Origin: Isurus oxyrinchus
Lineage: Eukaryota
Length of the DNA stretch: 64,000 nucleotides
Reading direction: 5' to 3'
NCBI GenBank assembly: GCA_026770705.1
Contig: JANJGN010000021.1
Coordinates: forward strand, 47,058,001-47,122,000
Shown here: positions 13,201-25,949 of the stretch, piece after piece
Numbering within the stretch: the stretch's first letter is position 1
Layout of the letters: the number at the start of each line of letters is the position of its first letter
Notes under the pieces: generated by a model
Databases searched by the model: none
Told to the model about the DNA's origin: nothing
What the model saw: only the letters and a program-made list of their open reading frames with translations
Made by a program: the position numbers and the translations under genes

Positions 13201-13824
13201 GCGTCTTCCTCTGAAGAGATCACGGCAATTCTACCTCCAGCACTGGTGTACGACAAGGCAAAAATCAAGTTGGCATTCTGTGTGAGTAATGCACTCGAAC
13301 TCACCTGCTCTGGTCAATGGAATTACATTCTGAGAATGCCAGACATGCTATTACAGCTCCAGCACGCGCAGCACTCTAAACTCCACTCAACTGACATCCT
13401 CCTGAGAACAAAAGGTAAAGTAATTTGTCAGTCAATGCAGGAGGGAAATAGGAAGGAAACTACATCTTTCCTTTGCTATTATGTTGCCCCTACATTCTCC
13501 CTCACATCCAAGGAACAATAGCTCAGGTACAGTTTAAATTAGACCTGATTAATCAGTGCATAGGGGCGCAACAGCATTGAAAACAATCCAGGTTTCAACA
13601 TCAAAACTATATCCTTCCCTCAGTGAATGGTCATTCAGCAGACAGGCGAATGCCAGTTCCGTCACAGTTATTTAGCTGTGTCTCATATGAATACTGTCTT
13701 TGGTATTTATTTAGATATTTAAAGAATATATCTGCTTCGTCGGTAGGTGGCAATGCTCTGCATCTGCCATGGAATTCTTTCCTCAGGTAGATCTGCAGTG
13801 ATACAGGCAGCCTGTGGATTGCCC

Positions 13825-14598
13825 TAATATAAAAACAGAAAACACTGGAAAAACTTAGCAGGCCTGGCAGCAGGGAAACAGTTAGCCTTTCAAATCCATA
13901 TGACTCTTCTTCAGAACTGAAGAGAGGTAGAAATGTGTTGGGTTTTATGCTGTTGACGAGGGAGGGGTGGAGAAGGTGGAGCAAAATAGAAGGTCAGGGA
14001 TAGGTTGGAGGTCAGGAGAGATAAAATGACAAAGCTTTAATGGACACAAGGCAAAGGGAGTGGTAATGATAGTGTTAAAGACTAAAGCAGGTGTCAATAG
14101 TGGCATAAAGGTCTGATAGCAGAATGTGTTAATAGCAGAACAAGGGTCAGCACTTTCTGAAAGTAAAACATGAAAATAAGATAAAGACTGGCCCTTGGGT
14201 AGGGAGGGGAAGAGGGTAGAAAAAAACAAAATGGAGGACATAGTTCATGGTATGAAGTTGTTGAACTCAATGTTATGTCCAGAAGGCTGTAAAGTACCTC
14301 ATCAAAAGGTGAGGTGCTGTTCCTGCAGCTTGCATTGGGCTTCACAGGAGCATTATAGCAGGACAAGGACAGAAATGTGAGCTTGAGAGCAAGATGGTGA
14401 ATTGAAATGGCAAATGACAGGAGGGTCGGGATCATGCTTGTGGACTGAGTGAAGGTGTACCGCAAAGCGGTCACCCAGTCTGCATCTGGTCTCCCCAATG
14501 TAGAGCAGACCGCATTGTGAACAGCGAATAGAGTACACCAAATTGTCCCCACAGAATCCTGGTGGGAGGTGAGGGGAAGATGTGTTTGGTGGTGGTAG
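13825..14598 (-). mobile_element. Penelope-like element 3' fragment (GIY-YIG C-terminus and terminal repeat)
   Basis: The ORF at 14353-14541 reads VYSIRCSQCGLLYIGETRCRLGDRF..HL. It is homologous to the arms at 26695-28812. A decayed hammerhead-like motif lies at ~13880-13920 on the minus strand (CTGAAGA..GAGTC-ATATG-GATTT-GAAAG). Confidence 0.85.
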
Positions 14599-15439
14599 AT
14601 TGCCCTATTTAATTTGTACGGTTGTACCTGTGGGACTGGATAATTAGTGTTGCCCACGATGTTCAATTAATTGGTTCTTTTTGACATCTTCCCCACTTTG
14701 TGGAACACATGCGGAAGGTCGTCAAAGAAAAGGGAGAGATTCACAATGCCAAGGAATAATACTGAATCCCATCAGGCCATGCAGAGCCATTATAGCCAGC
14801 TGGGTGTAAATTAACAGACAGAATTACTCTGATTGTTGGAAAGCTGAAGTAAAAAAACCTTGCAAGCTGATAGATGGGTCATGGAAAAAAAAGACAAATT
14901 ATCAGAACTGAATTAAGATCTATTGTTAGGGCATGGCAGATAGAGTTTTACTTTCTACCTGCCTTGGCAACACTTGACTTGATGCGGTCACTAGGTGACA
15001 GTAATAGAAAAATTATCAGTCCTCATACTGAAGATTCTGCACCATGATTGGGACAAAATGAAATGAAGAGTGAAATGGACCATGGATTAATATCTGTTGT
15101 ACACTGAGTTAGCTCATCTTACTCAGAGTTGTAATAGGAATGCTAACATTAACCTCTGCACCCTTGTGTCAAGGAGGGTCAAAGTCAGTCAGTGTTTCCA
15201 TAGCTATCCATTAACTGCTGCTGGAAAGCAACATGCCTGATTTCAGCTGCGGACAGGATTGTATTGGGCTCAATTGTGATACCTTCAAGGTTGTAAATTC
15301 TACTGGTTTATGAATTGTTTGCCCACAAAGTTGCTGGAAGTGCAAGTGATTGCTGCATGGTGAGGGCAACAGGGCATCTGGAACCTTAGGGAACAATGAG
15401 ACAAGCATATATCTCCTTTGCCAATAGGTTCTAAGGATT

Positions 15440-15997
15440 GAGAATTAAACAGAGGAAGGACTGAGAAGTAATGTGGATTCAACTGAATGAGCTCAATGAC
15501 AATCAATTACAGGACAAAAAATGAAGAGAGGGAATGAAATATTGTATTAACAGAGAGAGAGAGAAAAAAAAGACTGGTAAGTGAACAAAAATAATTAAAT
15601 ACAATAAAATTTGACTTTTTAAAAATCTTTGAAAAATATCCACAACTCAAAGGAATGAGACTTCACACTTAGTTATTTACCTTCTGAGGCAGTCATTAAC
15701 AATTATCATGTCATGAAAAGAGTACTTACAATATTAATTACTAGAATTGATTTTCTGTGTCAAGCCTAGGACAATTAATATGGAGTGACATACAGCAACT
15801 TCATGGAACGCATGATGAGAATAAGGTTGAAGTGCCATTTTCACCAAGTTTATAATGGAGCAGAGCAAATCAGCAACTTGTGCTGATTTATAATTCAGAG
15901 GGCATCTCTTCTTCACCTTAAGCTGCTGGCCACTTTACACATTTAATAAAGGCATGCATTGTTCAGAAGCCATTATTTTTTCAGTAAAATCTGGCCT
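15440..15997. mobile_element. Probable non-autonomous DNA transposon fragment
   Basis: Ends in AAAATCTGGCC, similar to the Harbinger-type TIR ends elsewhere in the window. No coding capacity. Confidence 0.35.
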
Positions 15998-17039
15998 TCA
16001 ACTTCAGTGCAAAAAAAATTCCCTCTAATGGAAAATTATTCCCTGAATGATATAACAAATTGTTGTTTCTCTAAAATACAATATTTAATTAGGCTTTAAT
16101 AACTGTTTTGTATCCTGTCTCATGTGATGGGCTTGAATATCCTGTCACAGATGTCACCAGTGTATATCCAGAATGTTTAAGCAATTGCTTTTTGAATATA
16201 AACTGTTTTTAAATGATTCAATAGGCTCTAATTAAATGCTTTCAGATGTCAGACTGGTGTTAATGTGTTAGTTGTGATAATGATTGAATAATTTAAAATA
16301 ACCATGGGGATTTTTTGCCAGCTCTGATGAGAAAACTGTGCTTTGTTTCGCAAATAAGTTTAAAATCAGGAAACCTGATAAGAGGCAATGGATACCTCCC
16401 TAATCTTTTGGAGTTCTGAGTGGAAGTTGTAAAGTGTTGGGTTTCTGTGAGCAGTTATAGATTTTTGTCTGTAAGCTGGTGCTAGATTGAAAGGAAGTCA
16501 AAAATACAAAAAGAATAACCAAATCATCCACTACCATTGAGAAGTGTAGAAAATCTGAGTGATGAAATACTTTGGTGTATAAAGCATGGCATTTTCCTTT
16601 ATCACGTATAACAATAATTTGTCACACATTAGACAAACACTTTCTGGCCTCAGCAACACCAACATGTGTTGATGTCATTAAAAACTTGAGGCTTGCTTGC
16701 CAGTGCAGTTACCTGCTGTCACACTCCTGTGTCAACTTTTTCCATTACAAATTCCTGTGACCACATTTATAATGGGTTTTGCAAATTCATTACTCTGCTT
16801 GCAAAATTTGACCACTGGGTTCAAAGTGCTTTCTGATTTAAAAAAAAAGTCTTGGTCTTTTTCCATCAGTAATTGAAATTTCTAATATTCAAACTAACTG
16901 TGTAAACAAAATAAGTTAAATATTTTACTGCTAGCTTGGTGAGGGTTCCCTTGCTTGGTTCCACTCTAATTTACAAATTATAGGCAGAGCATTTCCAGCA
17001 GCAGCTTCTCTTCCTACCCCTGTACTACTACCTCCAGAT

Positions 17040-17980
17040 CCAGAGTACCCCAGAATCTACGACTGACCTCCTCCTCTTCCGTATCTTCATGCTGCCCTTG
17101 GCACATCATCCACAGATATTGGCCATCTTCAACATGTACACTGGAGACACCAATTGCCTTGATCCTGCCACCGGCTTTGAGTAATCAAACTATTTGGCTG
17201 ACATTCAGTCTTGAATAAGCCCCAATTTGTTTCAGCTAGACATCCGATTTGATCCCAACTTCTGATCCTATATCCTTTCCAACCCTGCCTCAGCCCATCT
17301 GCTGCTGAAACACTTGTCTATGCCTTCATCAGTTCCATCTTGACTTTTCCACTGCTCTCCTGGCGATCTTCCCATCTTGCTCTTCCTATAAATTTTATTT
17401 GATTCAAGCCTCTACTACCTGCATTCAGTCCAGTTCACCCATCACCCCTATTCTTGCTAAGCTACACTGACTCCTGAGAGGAGTTTTACAGCCCCATAGC
17501 AGCGGGGGCATGACTGTAAAATGTGGCGAGTCGTTCTAAAGTCTACTGACTTCGGTGGGATGGTAAATTCCGCCCACCCCCCCCCCCCCCCCCCCCCCGC
17601 CCAGTCTTCTAAAGCTTCAGGTTTAAAATTCTCACCCTCATGTTTAAATTGCTTCATGATCTCACCATTTCCTATCTTTACACTCCACCCTCACAACTCT
17701 TACTAAACTCCCAGTTCTTGTTTGGCTTCCCCCATTTGCCTCACCATTGGCGCCCAAGCCTTCAGCTGCCTAAAAATTATTTCTCTAAACCTCTCTGCCT
17801 CTCTATCTCCCTCCTTTTTTAGGAGTCATCTTGAAATCCAAGACTAAGCTTTTGGTCAGTTATACTAGTATCTCCCCCTTTGTTGGCACCCATTTTTTTT
17901 ATTATTCTTATTTCACTCCTGTGAAATTCCGTGGGACATTTTTCTGCTCTTAAGTCCATATATAAATGTATGTTTTGTTA
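17040..17980 (+). mobile_element. Decayed L2 LINE (RT remnant to 3' tail), interrupted by a ~100-bp MITE and C-run at ~17476-17600
   Basis: ~17068-17155 resembles the L2 RT segment LLF.I.MLPL...HMY..DTQL. The 3' tail reads GTGGGACATTTTTCTGC..AAGTCCATATAAATG. The insert ends GGTAAATTCCGCCC. Confidence 0.7.
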
Positions 17981-18122
17981 TTATGATTGCTGACAGAATA
18001 AAACCAGAGAGCAGAAATGGATTATCACCTGTCAGTGAACATCTTACAGCAGTAGGAGTAACAGCAAAAGCAGAGGTGATTAACTCTAGGTAAGGGGACA
18101 CCAAGAATTATCTATCAGACCT

Positions 18123-18327
18123 AAAAACAGAAATGCTGGCAATACACAGCAGGTTAAGCAATGTCTGTGGAGAGAGGGTTAACATTTCAGATCAATGAAC
18201 TTTCATTTGAACTGAATCTGAAATGTTAACTCTATTTCTCTCTCAACAGATGCTGCCTGACCCACTGAGTATTTCCAGAGTTTTCAGTTTATGTTTCAGA
18301 TTTCCAGCATCTGCAGTGTTTTGTTTT
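18123..18327. mobile_element. Short fold-back Penelope terminus (two inverted PLE 3' ends)
   Basis: Imperfect palindrome centred near 18205 (GTTAACATTTCAGAT...ATCTGAAATGTTAAC). Flanked by CTATCAGACCT and CTACAGACCT, a probable TSD. Confidence 0.75.
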
Positions 18328-18343
18328 CCTACAGACCTTTGTA

Positions 18344-19610
18344 GGGGTGGAATTGTCCCAGATTTGCACTAAGTGCGGTAGCGGGCATGAAAAAAGATGT
18401 TTTACCTGTCAGCCACAATGGCGGGTTTTCACGCAGTATCATCCGCTTCCCGCCTCATTAATTATGCAGCCACAGGAAATACACCATCTTGCTGGTGAGC
18501 AGCCTCTGAATCGCCCGCCACGCTGTTACCCCACTATTTCCTTGCTCCAGGTGCTATATGTAAACTGCAACCGTGCACACTGTTCTCAATGTTTGCAGCC
18601 CAGGACTGCTTCAGTGAAGACATGGCCATGAAAACCAAGAAGAGTTCAGTCACCCGTGACTGAAATGCCTTTTGGAGGCCCCCTTGTGATGTCCTCTACC
18701 CCCGTCTAGCCCAAGGAGGTGCAGCAATCTCACCACATCATCTTGTGAGGCAGTGGCAGAGGTGGTCAGTGCTAATGCTGCACAGAAGTGGTTCACCATC
18801 CAGTGCAGAAAGAGGATGAATGATCTCATCCCTGCTGCCAGTGTAAGGCAACCATCTCATTACTCTAAACTCACACACTCACGAGCCCATCACACATTCA
18901 CTGGAATCTTACTCACTGCCAGCTCAAGGGACATCACCACTCACTCCCTCACACACCCTTATATCTCCATCTGGCCTCATCTTCCCTGGAGACTGCCTCC
19001 TTAGCCCTCACCATATTGAGGCTGCTTGCAAAGATCAACATATGCCCCCACGCACACCCTGGGTTACCCTTCTTCCCCAGTACAGCCCTCACTTAGCTGC
19101 CTCTTCCCTTGCTTGCAGCCTCTTCACCACCTTCCCCAAACAAACCCTACCCCTGCAGCCATTGAAAAGCCTTACAGCTGGTCTGGTAGGTGGAGACCTG
19201 CCTGTGAACTCTCCTAATAGTGATATGGTGCTGCCTGTGAAGCCTGGCGCTGATGACCGTGAGTGCTGCCAGAAGCAAGATAGGCAAACAAGACTGGATG
19301 TCTGAGTGAAGTGCAGCTCACCAGGTGCATGTCACTTATGTATAGTCATGAAACATGTCGGCGTGCAATCACGCCAACGTGCCCAGATGATCCAGCGTGG
19401 GAGGATGATTCTGGCAAGCAAGGCTTATAATGAGATGCTAAAGTATTGAAATTAGGTTCCCAATGTGTGGCGGCGGGAAACGCAGCCCTCCATTGACTGA
19501 TGGGGCGGACAATTGCAAACTGTTTTCACAACGGTGTAAAACCAATTTTTGGCCTTCTCGCTATATTGTCTGCTCACGCCCACCACCAACGGGACAGACA
19601 ATTCTGCCCC
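18344..19610 (+). mobile_element. Non-autonomous Harbinger element with both TIRs and decayed Myb/SANT exon
   Basis: TIRs are GGGGTGGAATTGTC and GACAATTCTGCCCC. The ORF at 18753 reads AEVVSANAAQKWFTIQCRKRMNDL and is followed by a GTAAG donor. Confidence 0.8.
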
Positions 19611-20036
19611 TGAGTTATTTGAATCCAAGGGAGGTCTGGAGCTTTGAAGTGCTTTTTGGCAAATAAGCCATTGCTGGCAGATGTCAAGAGATGCACATGG
19701 ACTTAGAATTGCAGTTTGTCATTAGTTTGGTTTTGCCAGTAATAGTGACAATGATGTCAATCATTAATGTCCAAACTCCTCGAAACTCCATTTTATAATA
19801 ATGTTTCTCAGTGTTCATCCTATTGTGCTCATTGCAGATGAGTATGAAGAGAACACATTCATACATTTCTCTTGGGAAACATAATTGGCAATACAACTAC
19901 AGAAATGGGTTTATATTGTTATTGGATTCCAACCTCCTGCTGTCAAGTGTATACATATAATGATATGAAATCTGGAGATGTGTGCATCAACTTTAAAAGG
20001 AATCACACTACTTTTCACAATGCCATTGCTATTATT

Positions 20037-20725
20037 GGTGGCTTAGTTGGTAGCACTCTTGCTTTTGCATTATAAGGTTCTCAGTTCAAGACCCACGCCA
20101 GGCCTTGAGCACAATAATCCAGTGCCATACTGAGGGCGTAGCACTGTTGGAGGTACTGTCTTTTGGTTCAGACATTAAACTAAGGCTCCACTTGGGTGAA
20201 TATGTGAAATATCCTGTGGCACCATGTTGAAGAATAGCAATGGAATTTTCCATGGTTTCCAGGTGAATGTTTATCCCCAATTAATGTCTCAAAAAAGACA
20301 GACTATCTGGCCTTTATCACATTGTTGTTTGTTGGAGCTTGTTGCACACACATTGGTTGCCATGTATTCTACATTACAATAGCGACTGTTTCGTTGTGTG
20401 GTTGGCATCTAGGCGGGAGTTTTGGGGATTGTCTATCCTCCCAAAATACATTGCTCAAGTCTGTAGTTTGTCGAAACCGTTACTCTTTACCTACAGCAAG
20501 TATTTACACATTTGGACCTTTACACGAGGTTGGAGCTTCTCCTTCCACATCTCTCTTACTTCTTTGTAATGTGATCTTATATCATTATTATATCAGCATC
20601 ATGTATGCTTCTCATGTTAACCCTTTTCTCTACAGTGATAACACCTCAAAAGTACTTCATTTGCTGTAAATCACCTTAAAATGTCTGGTGGTTATGAAAA
20701 GCTCCATATAAATGGAAGTCTTTCA
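20037..20725 (+). mobile_element. tRNA-head Deu-domain SINE (SacSINE1/AmnSINE1-like), split by a solo LTR
   Basis: A box TGGCTTAGTTGG, B-box-like AGTTCAAGACC, Deu-like core GTACTGTCTTTTGG..GACATTAAACTAAGGC..ATCCTGTGGCAC and L2-type tail TATAAATGGAAGTCTTTC. Confidence 0.75.
20387..20634 (-). mobile_element. Short solo LTR (248 bp)
   Basis: TG...CA termini, flanked by GCGAC and GTGAT (degenerate 5-bp TSD). It interrupts a SINE that is otherwise colinear. Confidence 0.65.
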
Positions 20726-21061
20726 TTGAGTAATACTAAAGATATAGCGGATGCAACAGCCATGGTTCCTGATGTGTCCACAGCTGTTGGAAAAGAGGTG
20801 AGTAAGACACAAGATTTATCTATCTACCCAATGCTATGTCCATGAGTGGCTCTCCCACAACTCTGGACCCCTTTTCAGTGCCCCATCATTCACCCAGCAG
20901 CAGATCGTGGCACTTAGGACTCACCCCTAACATGGAGATACTCCACCTCACCCTCATACATCTACCAATGCTGTCGGCCTCACATCCACCTCTCGCTATC
21001 TCCAGCTACCCAGGCACAGAATGCACATCACACAAACACATTGTCACGAGATCACAAGCAA

Positions 21062-21200
21062 GGGGGTGAAAGGTTATTGGGGGTAGGCAGGAATGTGAGA
21101 TTAAAATCAGATCAGCCATGATCTTATTGCATGGCGGAGCAGGCTCAAGGAGCTGAGTGGCCTACTCCTGCTCCTAATTCGAATGTTCATATGTTTGTAT
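21062..21200 (+). mobile_element. CR1 family 1 3' tail
   Basis: Reads GATCAGCCATGATCTTATTG..GGCGGAGCAGGCTC..GGCCTACTCCTGCTCCT, matching 3865-3935. Confidence 0.85.
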
Positions 21201-21861
21201 GCTGCCCTCTCTTGCGTAGGAGAAGTTTACCCACAACAGGTAAGAGAGGTGGGTGACTGGGTAAGAACCGTCAAGAATCCATCCCTCGACACCCTTGAGT
21301 ATATAGGCCACAGGATCATGGGCACCAGTGCAATGGAGTCAGTGGCATCTGGCACTGCCAAGGTCACTCTGGATGACAGTCCGTCGTTGCAGTAGGCACC
21401 CACTTACTCCTCAGCCTCTTCCTGAAAGTTGCTATGAAATGGAGAATATCGATGGGGTAACCATGGACATTATGTTTTCCTCCTCACCCCTCCTTCCCTT
21501 CCCCTTAACCTGCTCTTCTGCTTTTGTAATTTCAGATAGCCAGGAACTGCTCAGCCACAGTGTCCTCAGGCAGAAGGATGAGTGAAGAAAGAGAGTTCTT
21601 AGGAAGAAGCAGCATAACTTAACATTCGCATCTACCAGCTCAGATAGTGGCACTGCTCAAAAGTTAGGGGCTAGGCTAATGGCTGGATCTGCACATGGTG
21701 AGTCACTGGGCATGACAGGACTGCAACCAGACCAGGGAGATAGGTCAACACATGTGAAAACACCCTGGAGGGTACGATCATACACCAGTTCTGTCTCAGA
21801 CAAGAATCTTGCTGGGACGGACTATCAGAAAACACTGATGACGATGCACATTAAGGTGCTT

Positions 21862-24800
21862 GAGCCAAGGTTTTCCAGTCTGGGCCTAAGTCCCGTGGCG
21901 GAGTGGGAGTGTTTCCCCTCTGTGGAACTCAGGGGGAAATTGTGCTGAGTCGCGCGATACTGGGCTCATTAATTATGCAGCCGGGGTTCCCCAACGATTT
22001 ATGTGGTGGAGTGAGCGGGATGTCTATCGCCCTACTGTCATATCTGAGCACCATATTTAAAAGGCGCCAAGATAGCTGCTGCTCTTGTTGAATCTGAATC
22101 TAGGATGTGGCCCGGAGACTGCAAGCCGCACTGGCACCCAGGTTTAGTGACGCATTCCTGGAGGTACTGCTGAATGCAATAGAGGAGAAGTGGGGCATCC
22201 TGTACCCCACAAATGGAAGGAGGAGACTCACCAGACTTACCAACCCTGCATGGGAGGCAGTCGCCAGGGTGGTGAGTTCAAACATTTCAGACTGGAGGAC
22301 AGCCCTGCAGTGCAGGAAAAGGATGAATGACCTCAGCCACACCATCAGGGTAAGTGAACCCTCTACTGCTCTAACTTACCTCATAGACTGGTGATAGGTA
22401 TCAGTGGACAGGCTACCATCCGTGCTGCTCGTGCATAAAGGGCTTCTCAACGTGAACTTCTGAGGCCTCATAGTCATACTTCAGTCCATATAGTCTGCAG
22501 GTACAGAGGTCATTACAGATCACTGACCCTGCCACACGGAGAGCTCGTACTGTGGAAGGGGGGGCTGGTGGGTTCTGGAGTAGAAGACACCAGCAAACAC
22601 AGCAGTTGCCATGCCTCCTTGTGCCTGCTCCTTCAATGAACATGAGCTCAGTGTTCTGGAGGGTGCTGTTAGTGGACTAGGTGTGGTGGAGCTTTCACAT
22701 GGCATACAGTAGCCCGAGGATTGCTGCTGTTGACTGGCAACATGTGTATGCTACCTGCATCCCAAGCGCTCTCAAACCATTTTCTCTCCTTGTGCAGGAC
22801 AAATTGGTGCACAACTATTGTGAGAGAGAGAGAGAGAGAGGATGGCAGGGGCACCTGACGCCATACGAAGAGCGGGCTGCCGAGCTGGCAGGGGAGGATC
22901 GGGAGCGGTCATGTGGAGGTCCAGCCTCCATCCAGTAAGGAACAAAGTTTAATGTCTGCACTTAGAAACCTAAGGCTCATGCGTGGTGCCACGTTGGAGG
23001 CAGCTCATGCAGTCGCTCACTGTTTCTCTTGCAATTGCAGGTGCCACCAAGAAGAGGATGAGGCCAGACCCTGAGACCGAGTCTACCACATCCAGTAGCC
23101 CACAGATGAGTGGGGGAGATAAGGGTGAACAAGACATTTCACTTGTAGAGCCATCATAGTAATCACCCGCACCCTCTACCAGCCCAGGTAGAGGTGGGTT
23201 CAAGAGTTAGTTCAAGCAGGGTTTGACATTCTGGTGGTCAGTGCCTGGGCGCGTTTCCGCAGGAGGAGGCAGGTTCAGCCAAGCTCACTGGCACTCAGAG
23301 GACTGCTGGGGAAGAGGCCCCTGCAGAGTCCAAGTCAGATGACGAGCCCCTGGAACCGGTCCTATACAGGGTGCTTGACATGTAGCAGGAGGCGGGGGAA
23401 CATCAGGTAGAGGTGTCGGAGGCCCTCAACAGAGTGACACGTGAGGTAGAGGAGTCTGGCTGCCTGCTCTCTGATGAAGTGGTACCGACCTGTGCGTGCA
23501 TTGATGTCTCCAAGGGGAGGGTGACGGATGCCATGGAGAATCTTGTCCAGCAGAACAACCAGTTTCTTTGGCAGATATGTGCAGAACTGGACTCCATCGC
23601 AGTATCCATCGGTGAGGTTTCACAGTGAGAGGGTGACAGGGCACCTCAGCCTCCATCCAGATGCCCCTTTTCCCCAAGGAGGAATGAAATGTCTTGTTCA
23701 CCCTTATCTCCCTCCCTGATGTGATTTCAATGCGATTCATTGTCCTTGAGCCTGTATGTGTCCCCATCCACCTGCCACCATCTTCAGAGGGACATCCCAG
23801 GCTGGGTCTATGTTCCCCAGAATCAGGCATGTGCAGGGAGGTAAAGTCCTTTGCCAGGGCCCTTGTGAGCCATGTGCAAGAAGTCTCCCACACACGCTGA
23901 GCCTTTGCCCATCACACACTCATCTGTTCCAGGGCCCTGGCATTATAAGTACCACATGCTGAGGTTTCCCTTCAGGTGAGATGACCTGCAGCTCCGACCA
24001 CCCCTGATGAGCCATATCTCAGGCAGCATCTCGAGATCACCACCACGAGGCTCTGGATAGTTGCGAGCTGCCATGGTTCGTGTTATGTTCAATGTGTTGT
24101 CCAATAACTTTAATCCTCCCCCTGTGACCCATACCCTTGCCCCATAACCATTGACCCCCCAGGTATAACATTTGACCTTCTCATAGTTACCCTCTGTCCT
24201 GTGCAGACGAATGTCCATGTCCCCTACCTTCCTGAGGAGCTCACCCCCATGCCAGTAGGTCAACCTCCCCTCATTCTGCCGACCCCCAGAATCCACTTTT
24301 ACATCCATATCCCCTCCAACAACTCTCAGTCCCCCTTCATCCAACATCACCGAAACCTCACCCTCCCACCCTACTGGCTCCATCTTTAACCCTCATCATC
24401 CCTTTCTATCAACAATTCCCTCAGTATGCCCCTCAAGACTCATCCATTGACAACACAGACCCCCCCCTCTGAACCCCTTTCTCCCCCACCTTTCCCTCCA
24501 CTCTACTGTCCGTACTCACCTGCACACCACCCCCCAACCCCCCACAATGTCCTACACACTCGCCCCACCTCTTCATTACTCGCCTCCTTGTCTAATGCCC
24601 TCACAAACACAGATCATCGGTGCCCAATGGCACCTCATTCAACTGTGCATCTGAAGCCCTAGGATCCACCTCCTGGAAGCACAAACAGCTCGAGAATCCA
24701 CGTGATAGATGCTCCACCTACCCACAGCTGCACGTAACCTGCAAAGCTCCATGGTCACTGGAGGCCTCCATCTCTTCCACTGTCCGCAAGCTGCTCCAGG

Positions 24801-25168
24801 TCTTCTTCCAGGTAAGCCCTGACATAAGCGCTGCTCATTGGTCTGGATGTGTTCCAGGCCGACGTCAAATTGCACCTGCAGGGAGGATTGTGGAGGGAGG
24901 GGGGCGGGAGTGAGGAGGGACACGGGTGGATGGTGGGGGAAAATTTCAGTCAGGGTTTCATCTGCATCCAGCCAATGGGACGCAAAAGTCTTCCCGACGA
25001 CCTCTAGTGGGAAAGGCGACCTGCCATTATCACGCCATGACGGTTGGGACCGGAAGGTCCTACCCTTGATTTCTGCCATCAGGAAACTGATTTTACAGTT
25101 CCCGTGTGATTGTCCCCACCAGCCCGCCACAACTCCGGTAGTGGTGGGATATAGGGACAATTCTGCCC
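21862..25168 (+). mobile_element. Nested Harbinger-type element carrying a spliced Myb/SANT gene
   Basis: It splits the host peptide MHIKVL|GVLAGL. The right end is GGACAATTCTGCCC and the left end is a degenerate GAGCCAAGGTTTTCC. Confidence 0.7.
22107..23630 (+). pseudogene. Harbinger Myb/SANT-like (MSANTD/trihelix-type) DNA-binding protein gene, three visible exons
   Basis: Exon 1 is 22107-22349 (APRFSDAFLEVLL...W..VA..V..RTALQCRKRMNDL, then GTAAGT). Exon 2 is 22798-22934 after a TGTGCAG acceptor and is in frame with exon 1. Exon 3 starts at 23041 after TTGCAG. It has a GTG start, an exon 2/3 phase mismatch and TAG TAA stops. Confidence 0.75.
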
Positions 25169-25949
25169 AGGGTGTATTGGCAGGCCTGTCAAACAGCCTC
25201 TAGTCATGGGATAAGAGCATGGAGGAGCTTGGCTCACCATGGCACAGAGTATCATCTAGAGCTTGGAGCCCATTCTTTCCACCTTGGAAATGGTGGGCAC
25301 CTCCATGGTAGCACTGCCGGTCTAACCCATGGTGAAGCATCTAATAGCCACTGTCTCAACTTCCACTGTAGCAGAGGCAAGGCTGTGACAGTGCAGGGTG
25401 GAAGCTCAGACAGAGAGACCGTAAGGTTCCTGGCTGCTGGCTTGCAGGCTCAGACAGCTGCCATTGTGGATGTAGACCTCACAGCAGTCCATCAATCTGC
25501 ATCCGCTGAAAGAATTGCTGAGCTGCCACCCCATGGGAGTGGCAGTGGCATGTGGAGCATGAACCTGCTGTCCTCGGTCAGGATGTCAGCGTTCATACTC
25601 CCACCAGTACATTTGCTGTGCTATCACCTCTCAGCCAGCCAGCCCACGCTGCTGCAACCCATTCCGAGGTAGATCCGAAGCCAGGGCCACAAGGCGCAGA
25701 GCTGCTCAAGGCAAGGCCATCTACTAATGAGGGTTTTCCACCAATCATGCTGCAGTTACTTCACAGCAGCGCTAAGCCAGACAAGAGCACCTGCAAAGCA
25801 ATTATAAAGGTGATGCATCAGAGCTTTTTTGTGTGACTGATGTGATGCTGTATGAATGTTTTTGCTGGTACCCTTTACTGGGTGATGTAGGCCAAAGGGA
25901 CTTTATGATGAGAAGTGTAAATTGGATGTACATTGAAGGAATCGCGGAA

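Noticed and set aside
15080-15370. Possible ancient SINE-like repeat
   Set aside because: It looks familiar, but there are no clear A/B boxes and no second copy in the window.
20037-20105. tRNA genes at SINE heads
   Set aside because: A and B boxes are present, but there is no cloverleaf and the sequence continues into SINE bodies.
24639-25160. 173-aa minus-strand ORF and other long ORFs in GC-rich Harbinger bodies
   Set aside because: No recognisable motifs; long open frames are expected in GC-rich transposon sequence.
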